A stretch of 63,972 bases of DNA, counting the filler, from Choristocarpus tenellus KU-1152 (lineage: Eukaryota > Protista > Phaeophyceae), in the NCBI GenBank assembly GCA_964200185.2. It is 10 parts of 10 records of this genome, joined end to end, with 100 filler letters (N's around TTAATTAATTAA, not from the genome) between each part and the next. Parts side by side here need not be neighbours in the genome. Positions count along the whole stretch, not along the records: positions 5,526 to 30,466 come from CAXNAD020000194.1; positions 30,567 to 37,287 come from CAXNAD020007486.1; positions 37,388 to 42,824 come from CAXNAD020010781.1; 7 more parts are not named here. The stretch is one strand, 5' to 3'. Shown here piece by piece: positions 25,604 through 37,473 of the stretch. A program made the position numbers and the translations under genes. Position 1 is the first letter of the stretch, and every line of letters begins with the position of its first letter. A model generated the notes under the pieces. That model had not been told where the DNA came from and ran no database searches. It worked only from the letters and a program-made list of their open reading frames with translations.

Positions 25604-27591
25604 GAGTGACGCTCCCCCCCCAAAAAAGGACTTTATGAGTTTCTGCTTTGCATGTTGTACCTCCCCCTAAAGATTGCTGCAGGAATGCCCGCCCTTAGCT
25701 TCCCCAATCCTGCTTTCGTAATAACGGTGGTTGGCCCGCTCATTTTCAAGGTAGTCCTGATGTTAAGGGTTAGGGTCGCCTGAGTGGTGAGATATTACCA
25801 TTTGCACCCATGAGAACCTGTTCGTAAGTAAAATGTTTTTTTTTTCCATGCAGCTAGTCCTACCCCATCAATGTTTACATCTCTTGGTATACAATGTGTT
25901 CGGCCTTTCACACCCACCACTGTACCCCCCTTTTGTCACTTTTGCTGAAGATTTACCTTTGCAACTGCCATGGTCTGTTTGTCAATCCTGGATAGATGTA
26001 GGTGCAGGCGAACACATTTGGGTTTCCTCCTGTCGATGGCGTTTCCATGTCTGACCCCGTGAAGGATGGCTCCATCGCCCGATTCTTACTCTATGTATTG
26101 AACTGATAAAGGAACTAATTGCTGCTTGGGATAGTCTTTTTGATGAGTGTAGAGACTCCGTTGGCGAGTTCGTGTTTGGCCTTCTTCTTGATCCTTGTCT
26201 CCTCCCAGACAGCATTCTCGTTGGAAAATTCTGTGGGAATGTATGGTTAGTTTCATGCCCACAGACAAGCACTATGTATATATACAGCTTTTTTTTAGAT
26301 GGTCAAGTTTAGTCCTTGGTTGTCTATTAGGAATTACACTGTTGTGGAGGAGGGTAAGGCCGAAAAGGAAAAAGATTGAGCAAATAGCAAATAGAAAGTC
26401 GTTTTGGGGGGTTCTGTTGTACTGTACCTGGGTTGTGTCTGGTTGTGCACGGGAGTTTGTGTCTAGCAATGGATGCACCAATGAGATGACATGATGCAAT
26501 TCTACATGCACCAATGAGATGACGTATGATTTCCACTTAAACAATAAGACGCGTCCAAGTTTTAGAGGGGGGTTGTGCCAGTCGTACGTTAGACCAAAAA
26601 ATATACGAGATACGAGACCCCTCCAAACAAAGAAGAAAAATAATGAGAATTTTTCCTTGCGACTACCCCCCCCCTCCATCTTATCATTGAACCCATGCCC
26701 ATTCTTTGTACTTTCAATAGTATAACAGCAGTAGTAAAAGTAGGCATAAGAATAATAGCAATAATAATAATAATATATAATGAGGTTGTCGTTGGCGTGA
26801 GCAAGGCGAAGTACTATACAAAACATCGAAAAAAATAATTATTAAAGGACAGGCTGGATGCCATTTCTCTCCCTCTCTCTCACACACTTAAGTCATGAGT
26901 CATAACCCTAACCCTAACCCTCTTGTTTGTCCTCCTCGTACTGTATGACTGTGTTCTTGATACTATTTCAGGTTTGGGTGCCCTCCAAACTTCAGCTCCA
27001 AGGAGGAGGAGAAAGTGGAAGATAAGGAAGTGAGTGGGAGGGGGGTATTGACACGCATACACACTACTCTGTGGGGTATGGTATGAGGTCAACGGATGGA
27101 AGGAAGGCGTTTGCGTATTGGTCATCGGTAGTGTGTAGGTTTTTTTAGTTGATGCTATGGCGTACTGCTGATAGAAATGAACGCAGACATGTGTGGTTTG
27201 TGCACTGACTGATGCCTGGTGGTTGAAGACAAATGCAGGCACTCTGTGATGCTTGCAGTAGGCAAGGACTTCCTCACCATTGTCAGAGTGTCAGTGTCGG
27301 CGATGTCGGAATGAATGGGGTTACGGTTAGGATTAGGGACGACGAGAAGGTTGAGATGAGATGCTCCATGAGACATGGCTACTGAGTGATTGGATCGTCA
27401 TCGTTGACCTTAATCCTTTCAAGAGTATCTATTATGAAGGGGAACTGTTGGCACAGTAGTGTAGTATGGGTAGGGTTGGGGTTAGAGTTGTCTTGAGACT
27501 TCACGTTTGATCATCATAGGGATTCTGATGTCTCACAACCCCCCCCTCGCTCCCCCCCCATCGATATTTGGTATTTTAGAGNNNNNNNNNN

Positions 27592-27622
<31 letters not shown>

Positions 27623-29848
27623 CAAAAAAAAAAGAGACTCCTCTAGGTTCGGTGATCAAACCAATTTTGGGGTTAGGGTCAGTCGATTTGATTTGCTGTA
27701 TTAGCAAATCAATTTCCTCTCTGATAGGCCAAACTGTGTGGAGTGCACCTGTGATTGCTGTTTGAGATACTAGAGCGTGCTTTTGATTCAGAAATATATA
27801 GTGGAGAGTAATGTCCTTCGGCATATCGCCACTGCTTGGCGTTGGTGTAAGTAAGGAAGGCGTGAACGCGCGTTGCTGTGCAGCTTGATGTCGAGTACGG
27901 TTTTCACAAGGAATCTGAGATTCTTTTGCGGGTTGGAATTTTCAATGGGTCTCAACCGGGTTGTTGACAAGGCATTTATCTCCATGGTTGAAGTAACTTT
28001 CGAAAGGAGACATTTATTTTTTTACTATTTAAAAATAGTGTTCTTGTTTTTCAAGAGAGAGAGAGAGAGAGTCTTGCCGTTCAATGTCCCGGGGAAGAGG
28101 CGTTTACATCACTGCAATACGGTGTCTTTCGAAGGATAAATATCTCCTGGCAGGCGTACTACAATTGACTATAGTACTGGACTGGACATGAGGGATGGTG
28201 AAGGTTGGGTTGAGGTGGTACAAGGGTATCATAGACTAAAACCAACGAGTTTGATTTATTTTTTATTTATTTATTTATTTTTTGGGGGGGAGAGGGGAGA
28301 GGGGCTTGTAAAGGGTGGAGGTAGGGATCCGGGTTATGACACTAGACAACGACTTGAATTTAACAGTGGTCGTGGTCTGGAATGCTATTTATTCATCATA
28401 GGCCCTGACTGTGATGTGATGCGATGGCTTTGTCCAACGCAATATTTTTTGTGACCTCTGATGATCGTTCGCGTTGGGGGATAAGGTGGCCACAGAAAAG
28501 AAGGGAAAGGGGAGTAAGACCAAGCTAGTGGCCAAGACCGGGGGAGGGACTGTGCATCAGTGGGACATCATGACCATGATGCTGCCGGGTGAGCGAGCCT
28601 TCCTGTTTACTATCACAGGCCTTGTAGAGATTTAGTTCCTAATTCGTATCCGCAGGGTACATTAGGTACGTTGGACACACTAGTACTTTTGTCCATTCTT
28701 TTGCTATTATTATTATTATTATTCTCTGTAGTCTGAGAGCTAGCTTCAACCCGTGATCAGAGGCACTACACACTGCACTGACTTCCTTCTCATACTAACT
28801 TCTAAGCGACTGTTGCTCTTTGGTTTGTTTGTTTTTTGAGCTCTTTTTTCTTCTCGTCTGTAGGGTTAGGGTTTGGTGACTCTTTGGTTGTCCCCCTCTC
28901 TCCTTGCCCCATTGGTTGTCCCTGCCCTAAGGCTTTCTCGCCTCGTAGACTTTGCCTCATTGTTGGCACCTCAATCATCTCGATCAACTCGGTGTGGAGC
29001 CTTTCTTGTGGTGTATAGCCATAGATGGAAGGGTAATGGTGTACTGAGGTACAATTGGAAGCGCTTGCCGTGATATTTGTATATACATACATATATATAC
29101 TGATGATGTTTGAACTGATCAAAACCGGACTTTCACATGCAAAAGTTGGAGTTTGATGGGTTTGGACACTCGGGGTTCGGATAGGGAACATCTTTCTGTA
29201 ACCACTGAGCCGTAGAGATGATCTTTGCGTGTAGGGCTATGGACTATTTTATTGAGGTGTGTGTTTGTCAGGTTAGGGGTGGTGTCAGGGATGTCAGGGC
29301 AGAGTGGCTAGGATGTGTTCGCAGGGTGAGTTTATAGGCTGTGGTAGGAATAGTGGTAAATATATTGGTAAGTTTTTTTGGTGGCTGAAGTATTTTGTAA
29401 CCCATGTTGTGTGTGTTTGTGTTGAATTATGACCATCTTGTTACGATTGCTTTTGCAAGGTGGTGATATCATGCATAGATATGGACGTGATCCTTCTACC
29501 CTAGTAATATTTTTTTAATTTTGGGGGTTAGGGTTAGGGTTAGGGTATGTATTCGTCCGTTGTCACACGTGACATCATCATCATATCACGATATCGTATC
29601 ATACATAGATATTGCTATAAAATACAACTTACTGCTTATGTTTTGCTTAAAAAAAAAGGTATCATTAAGTAAAAAAAATAGTATTTTTGATTTTGATTTT
29701 TTTTTATGAAGCCACTTCGGTAGAGACTCACAACAACATGTGTTGACTGCAATAATATACAGTTACTTCTATAATTGTTGCTTGTACTTGTTTGGGTCTC
29801 TGTACTGATGCAAAGGCGTTAGTAAAACTCTTGAAAGAGTATTAGGGT

Positions 29849-29883
29849 TTGTGTTGTGTTGTGTTGTGTTGTGTTGTGTTGTG
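29849..29883 (+). repeat. (TGTGT)n-type pentamer microsatellite
   Basis: About 7 tandem copies of TTGTG. Confidence 0.9.
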
Positions 29884-29887
29884 CGAA

Positions 29888-30058
29888 TGTTGCCTGTATT
29901 CAAAAGTTCTGGGTGAACTATTCTGTCAGTAAGGAAGGAGAGAGAGAGGCTCCTGGCAAGAGGTAGAGTAGAACTAGTAATATCAAGAACTAGGTTAATA
30001 ACTACTGTGACTGTCTAGACTGTCTTGCTTCTATTGTTAGTAAACAATAACTCCAACA
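29888..30058. mobile_element. Possible short solo LTR
   Basis: 171 bp bounded by TGTTG...CAACA. No clean target-site duplication. Confidence 0.25.
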
Positions 30059-30374
30059 TGAAATGCACAGTACTTGAAAAGGATTGTGGAGGTGGACAAG
30101 AGAGAGATCGGCAGTGTAGAAATACTACTCTTTAGTGTGTGGTGTTTGGTGTGATTTTATTGTGAACTCCTGAGGTTGAATGTTGATATTCAAGATGTAT
30201 TGTGTAGTGCACCATATTACTAAGTGCTAGTAATGTATATTGTACTTTTATCTGGTACAATGCTATGTTTACCCATTGAACTTGTTCTATACCAGAGGCA
30301 TCTACCCGCTTGCTCCTTGTTGTACCTTACCTGTACCTGTACTTCTCAGTACCATACGCCCTCTTGTTTTTTAT

Positions 30375-30404
30375 TGGACCTGGACCTGGACCTGGACCTG
30401 GACC
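30375..30404 (+). repeat. (TGGACC)5 hexamer repeat
   Basis: Direct reading of the sequence. Confidence 0.9.
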
Positions 30405-30633
30405 AAACGTTCTCATTGGCATACACCTGTATCTCCCTGCCCTGCTCTTTGTTGTAGTAAGATGTTNNNNNNNNNNNNNNNNNNNNNNNNNNNNNNNNNN
30501 NNNNNNNNNNTTAATTAATTAANNNNNNNNNNNNNNNNNNNNNNNNNNNNNNNNNNNNNNNNNNNNGGTAAGTATTGTGATGCCGCAGGACCAAAACAAG
30601 CACATGGGGTGGGCATGAGGGGGGGGGACTCAC

Positions 30634-33600
30634 AGATAGCGCCGCCAAGAGCAAAGAACTGGGCCATGAAGCATGCAGTAAGGGGCCAGGTGGGGACCTT
30701 TGCTACCCAAGCATTCTCAGGGTTAGCTCGTGAAAGATTGGTCCAGGTCACCTGCAGTAGAAGTGGAAACGACAAGTGGGGTGGGAATTCCGAGACTGCG
30801 AGAGGAAACATGGAAAACTTTCATTTTTATTATTTCAAATCACCAATCCATCATTAGATGATGTGGGTGAAACCCTGACATCTCTTGTGCTGATACATGT
30901 TACTACTCAAAAGTGTTCATTGTTCAAAAATAGAATCAACAATTGGAGTTCTTCACAATGGGGGAGGGGGGGAGGAGGAGGGAGGAGATATCACCAATTT
31001 CAGTAGGGGCTCAGCAACTTCCAACACAATCCACAGAAAGTTCAACAGAATATAGAATAAAAAAACAAGACAATAAGAACATCAGCATGATGCAATATCA
31101 ACCATAGTTCATACCCCTAACCCTTTATAACTCTACCGGCAACCATGACAACAAATCAATCAAAGCTTTGAAAGTCATACTTGTCCCATCAATGAAGTCC
31201 AAACATCTTTTATTACAAAAGAAAAACAAAAACCTTTCCAAAAAAAGAAAGTAGATTCGGTCACCTGCAGGAAGGCATAGACTTGCACGTAACAGGTAGA
31301 CAGCCAGGTTTGCTCATCCCTGGTAAGGCGGTGTGCGTCAACGGAGCGCCACTGTGCCGATATGACAGTGGGGAGAACGGCTGTGACAATGAAGGGCACA
31401 AAGAAGGTGAAGTAGGGAGCAATATCCGTGTTGAAGGGGGGTTGGCCTGTCAGGCCGTAGACCACAGGCATCCAAAGGAGAATGTAACCCGGGATAGCCT
31501 TCACAAAATTTACCCATGCACACAAAAAAGGAGAGGGGAAAGAGAGGGAAGGGACAGATGTTAGTGGAAAACGTCTGACCTTCACAGTATATGTAACAAA
31601 ACCTGTTCAACCCTTCCTTGAATTAACACAAAAGTTCTTTTCTAAAAGTCATCAATCACCACTGTTACTACTGAATCAATTATAAGTAGAGCTCAATCAA
31701 CAATCATCTACACATGTGTCTGTATGTTTGTCTTGGGGGGTGGGGGGGGGGGGTCTCTGCCATAAAANNNNNNNNNNAATACTAAAAAGCTATCTTTGGA
31801 TGGTATGTGGTGTTTGGTGGGTTTGGGGGGGGGGGGGGGGGGGGGGGGGGGGCCGGTGGTCTCTGCCATAAAATGATATTTCAATCAACTTGCCACACAT
31901 CCTACACTACAACACCTTCCAACTAACCTCCACAGTACCTTAAATAGTCCATAGCCCTAGCTAGCCATTGACATATCTACTAAAAAAGATCACAAAAATA
32001 TGTCACAATTCAAGATACTAAAAAAATGACAAACCTGTAGGTAGTAGGTGGCCTGATCAAAGGCATAGATTCGGTGCCACATGGTAGGAAAGTTACCCCC
32101 GATGCTGGTGTACCGGATACCTTTGCCATAAAGCAGCTGTGCAGCACCCTGATGCCAACGCAGCACTTGCTTCACACGCCAGGTGAGATTGGAAGGCTGG
32201 TGGGTGCACCAGGCTAAGACCTCCCCAGGTTCATTCACATACACGCTCTTCCAGCCCTTCGTACGGAAAGGTCGCCAAAAGAGAAAAAAAATAGTAGTCC
32301 AAAAAAAAATCAAGAACATAATAGGCACCATATGAAACACCACATGAAATAAAAATAAAACAATAGATTGTTAACAATATGTGTAAATCATACGGTAAAG
32401 AAAAAAGGGAATATCATAATAAAAAGAATTTCCACCAAAAAAATGACTTGAGAAAAAGAACAAAAAATGAACACCATTATTACACAAAAAAAATCACTAC
32501 AGAAGTGGGATTGACATTCTGCTTGTGCAAACATGTACCTCCTTATCTACATACAAATACACTCCATCTTGTGTCCAACACACAACATCAAACTCCAACA
32601 ATCGTTGCTTTAAATTCATTTCATTTTTTTTAATATTCTTTTACTGCGTTGCTGGGAACCATTAACACACCAGATTATTGAATCCATATGAGGGAGGGTT
32701 TAAATTTGACCCATTTGAGCTTCAAGAACCTTTTCAACCCTTACACATCATATTACAACATGCCCATGCCAAAAATGAAATTTACTCCCCTGATTCATTA
32801 ATACGCAGCATTTAGCTACAGTAGATCAGCTGTCAACAGCACATCAGCTAAAAGCACCCTCCAAAACTGGAGAACTCAAGGCACATTGCACCACAAAGCA
32901 GTCACAGGGTCGCTTGAAAGTCAACGGAGCCCTTCTCTTTCATATCACTTCACTACTAATTCCTTGAGTGAAAAACCTACCATATAATCCTTCCATTCTT
33001 ACACTCCCCGACCCACTCCACTGCTAAACACTCTGTCACACCCTCCCCAAGCCCTACCCCGACTCATCAACAACAAACCTGTCTGAAGAGATCGATTGAG
33101 GTGTGAGTGTCCTCAATAAGCATCTCTGAACGGAATCCCAGGCTATGCCCCACCAGTGAGAGGTCTGTTGGGTCTGCAAGTGTCCTACCATCAGGAGACC
33201 TCCCCTTTAGGGCTGCCACACGCCAGAGACTACCTTGTCCACTAGAAGACACCCCACCAATACCATCTTTGCCGTGGTTGATGACATCGTACTTCACAAC
33301 AGTAACAAAATCAGTGAGGGGTGGGGGCAGGGGAGGTTACTAGGTACAATATCAGGATAACAGCACCATGTAAGAGAGCATGAAAAATAGTAAAATAATT
33401 AAATAACTATACACTAAAGAAACAACAGTCATAGCCTCACGTGGCAATAAAAAAAATACATGACGTTTTACCTGTCCAGGTACTTCCTGCACAAAGTTAC
33501 CCATAAATACGATCACACCATAAATACTATCACTGAACGGATAGAAGAGAGACTCCACACATCATGGACGAGGCAGACATAAAGGATCGCAAGACACTCT

Positions 33601-36600
33601 TATTCACATACCACTGTGCAACAACGAAAAGTGTTTACTTACAGAGTAATCCACACATCACAACTTACATACAGAGTAATCCACAAACATCACAACTTAC
33701 ATACAATGTAGTCCACATATCCCCACCAATACTCAGCATGCACACACACACACTCCATAATGAACCAAATCAAGGTAAACCTTCAATCACCCCACCCATA
33801 TCTCTCATCTATACCTGCGAAGCAGCATGGTTACCAAGGGGATCGTTCTCCAGTTCCGTACGGAAACGCTGGGGTGTCTGCACAAACGCTACCTGTCAAT
33901 TTATAAAAAAAACAAGTTGGGTGGGATTCAATCTGGGGTAGAAACATCATTCACAGCCCAGCGGGGAGAGGATCAAGAACTGATCATTCTTACACCTATC
34001 TCCTTGTTTCCCCAGAGAAGCAGCTTACATTAGCAGGGCCACAGCAATTTCAGGACAAATTGTCTGCTTCAGTGTTGGATATACGGCACGCAAAAGCAAA
34101 ACAAATCTCTCTTCCTTTTCTTCCATAACATCTCCGTCAGCCAAGCAGACTGCGCACTCCAATACAGAGGGACGTGAGACAAGTGGCTCCATGAATAGAC
34201 CCGTCATTACTGACACTCTTCTTGACAATTGTGTATATTTGTTCACATAAACTAAAGACAGGGAGAAGAAGGTCATCAGAACTGATGAACAATGAAAGAC
34301 ACCACTGCCACTATACAAAAGGCCAAAAGACAAGTAACTACCACTAGGATTTAGAAAAAAAAATACAAAAACTGCACCAGAACAAAAATACATGTTAACA
34401 AATATGTTTTAAGAGATACTTCGGAGTAACTATTTTGTATCTCCTCGGCTAACCAAAAAAAGAGCTACATAAATTGAAAGCATAAATGCACACCCAACAA
34501 TCATTTTAATTCCTTTTCCTATTTCAATGCAAATAATGCGAACAAAATCATTCGCTCTACATTTATGGAGTGATTAGATTACAAAAATCACTCCAGAATC
34601 TGAACCTCCACATATTACACAAAAATATATATTAAAATCCAAATTGGGCTTGATTTCTGGTTGAAAGACAAAAAATATCCTACGAATACAAACATCCAAA
34701 AAATAAAAAAAAATTATCAGCTTCACTTCCACCCAACCCTTACCACCTACCCGTCCCCACCTACATACCCAATTCAGTCCAATCAGCCAACCAGAGACAG
34801 CCATCTCCACCCACCGGGGCCCACTTGTAGTCCTTTGTTACCGGATCGACATCAAACATGTAAGGACAGGTTCTTTGGAGGAAGTTTGGCTGCAGCTGGT
34901 GACGTGCATCATTTACCAGGACTAGGTTGCAGTTTCCAATGAGCGGAGGGTTCAGTGGGTAGTCCACAGGGAAAATCGCAGCATTCTAAAATGGGGGGAC
35001 GGACGGACGGACAGACGACACAGCAGGTAAGCGCACAGTATAGGAGAAAGGATCACAAGAATAGGGAGTTCAACAAGGCAGTGTCACTACAAGAAGGCTA
35101 CATATTAATATTAAATAGAACAGAATTAACAAAACAGTCGGACAGAGTAAAAAAAAAAATCTAAAGGGGAACTGGACTGATGAGGATATATACCAAAGAG
35201 ACACACTGAGACAACCAATAAATAAAATAAAAAACATTTTCATATGCGCAACACATAATACCATCAAATGTGTTCACCTCGGTGAGCAGAACCTATTGTA
35301 GACAACATGTTCATGTACTGCGTAGGCTACGGAAGATCGAAGTACATGGAGCTGATCAGTCAAAACAGTATTGTTCACTCCCATATCGCATCATACACAA
35401 CAACATGGAAGCATGAATCGAAGTTGACAGGACTTACCATACAACCCATACTAATTCTTGCACCCTGACACGGAAGCTGTCCAAGTTGGGAACCCGCATA
35501 AGGAAAAAACAATAATAAACTTCCTCCTCTTAAAAATAGGAGCACCCCCCCACACAGTACACCAATACAAACCCCAAACTGTGACACAATACAGCCCTCC
35601 CTTCTCATCCAAGGATTGCTCCCTCAAATATACCCAACTACTCCTGCGCTTTGCACTCACCATGTTCCCGGCCTTGGGACTGATTTTGGGCGTTCCTGCA
35701 TTCCTCCTCGTGTAATAGATCATCTTTGCCACCTGCCTGTCTTGCTCAAATGCCTGAAAATAATACAAAAAACGATCAGCAAGGCACAGAACAGAAGCAA
35801 AAGATATTAACAAAAAAAAAGTACAGTATGAGTCAGTCAAATCCCCCTCGTAACAGTGCTTGTCACAGCAAAAATCATACACACTTCCCATCATTAGTCA
35901 GGAAAAACAACTTCCAATTAGCAGGACAGAGTAATAGCACCACCAACATCTCATCTCCCAACCCCTCGTGATGCGTAAGTCCGTATGGATACCAAAAACA
36001 AGACCGCCTCCCCGGTTTATGAATTCGTTCTCCAAAAAACAAAACATTACTTTAAGCATCTTTGACATTTTTTATAAAAGTCAACGATAAAGTAAAATAC
36101 GGCCACTGGTTCTTACTGGAGGACCTCCAGACACACACACATATTTCAAAAAATAAAAGAATTATTTTCCCACTTAAAAGACAAACAACAGAACCTGTGC
36201 CATAACCACTCGCCCCACCCAAAAAATGGGTTCAAGAAAGAAGAGTATGTTACTACCTATAACTTTAAAAAAAACACTCACTTCTGCTTCCCTAATTATC
36301 CCCAACATTAAAAAATATTTATATATCAGCATTACTCTAGTAAAAAAGAAAAAAAGTACTTCCAAACTCACCTCCACGTCTCCCTACCCACACCTCGACT
36401 ATTTATCAACACAATACTTGTGCTTTGGAGGTCTTCTTACCGTGTTTACTACCACATACCTCATAAAAGCCTGGCTGCATTTCAATTGTATCATCTCCCA
36501 AGAGGCTCTTCCCGTTGGTCATCTCAGCAACCTCGTCATTGTGCCTAGACTTTTCCACCTCTTCATCCAGTCCTCCCATCTCGGTTAGCTGTCTCTCCAA

Positions 36601-37045
36601 GCGATAGAGGTCTCCATTCTATTTTTTGTAAGAAAACAAACAAAATCATGGCAAAAGCAGTTTGTTTGGAAACAAAAAAATACAAATAAAAAACTAAAAC
36701 AATAGTTTCAAACATTGCTATGAAGTACAACGGTCAAGATTTTCACTCTCACCAGAGAATTTTAAAAATTGACAATTCTCAGCACCTGGGATACAACAAA
36801 ACACAAGAGCCAGATTAAAAATGCTACTAACCATAACCCTAACCCTAACCCTAACCCTGATTTTTGAATACCTCAAGACCCCTGTTAGGACAAAACACAA
36901 ACCACACACTGAACAACTTCCCCCTGAACAAAGCAGATGCAAAAAAAAAGTACAAAAAAAAAATTAAACATCCACCACTCTCTTCACCTCGCTTCCGACA
37001 ATGAGACTGTCCATCTGCTTCACAATTGCAACCGCCCTGGTCAGG
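30634..37045 (-). CDS. Cellulose synthase(-like) glycosyltransferase, family GT2, internal fragment
   Basis: Nine exons give YYTRR..SPKAGNM, LVNDARHQL, VAFVQTPQRF, YDVINHGKDGIGGVSSSGQGSLWR, LIEDTHTS, GWKSVYVNE, QVLRWHQG (QxxRW, 32169-32155) and downstream transmembrane segments. Confidence 0.9.
33636..33720 (+). repeat. ~31-bp minisatellite (about 2.5 copies) in a GT2 intron
   Basis: TACAGAGTAATCCACA(AA)CATCACAACTTACA repeated in tandem. Confidence 0.8.
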
Positions 37046-37068
37046 CTATCACAAAACAGGATCACAAG

Positions 37069-37103
<35 letters not shown>

Positions 37104-37113
37104 AGCCAGCCCA

Positions 37114-37159
<46 letters not shown>

Positions 37160-37473
37160 AAAAAACCACAACCAACTACACCCCAATCCCAAAAAAAAAA
37201 CTTCCAATCGGTTCCAAAATTGAACCCGCCTTGGTAAGGAAAAAAAAAAAAAGAAAAAAAAAAAAAAAAAAAAAAAAAAAAACACACNNNNNNNNNNNNN
37301 NNNNNNNNNNNNNNNNNNNNNNNNNNNNNNNTTAATTAATTAANNNNNNNNNNNNNNNNNNNNNNNNNNNNNNNNNNNNNNNNNNNNAGCTGGATTTGGT
37401 TTTTGACGGGTAAACTGGGTGTATGAGGTGGGCGTGTCTTGGAGGGGAAGGGGGGGGGGGGGTGACAACTTGC

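Noticed and set aside
26001-26240. FGFPP (+) as the next LeuRS exon, or EFSNENAVWEE... (-) as a terminal exon
   Set aside because: There is no AG in the phase LeuRS requires and no further LeuRS similarity. The minus-strand reading has no identifiable partner exons.
31730-31875. Duplicated GGTCTCTGCCATAAAA around a short N gap
   Set aside because: Typical overlap artefact of scaffolding at poly-G runs.
33636-33720. CRISPR-like array
   Set aside because: Contiguous tandem copies without unique spacers, in a eukaryotic intron, with no cas genes in the window.
36937-37335. Poly-K / poly-F ORFs
   Set aside because: Poly-A low-complexity sequence at a contig end, probably intronic or low quality.
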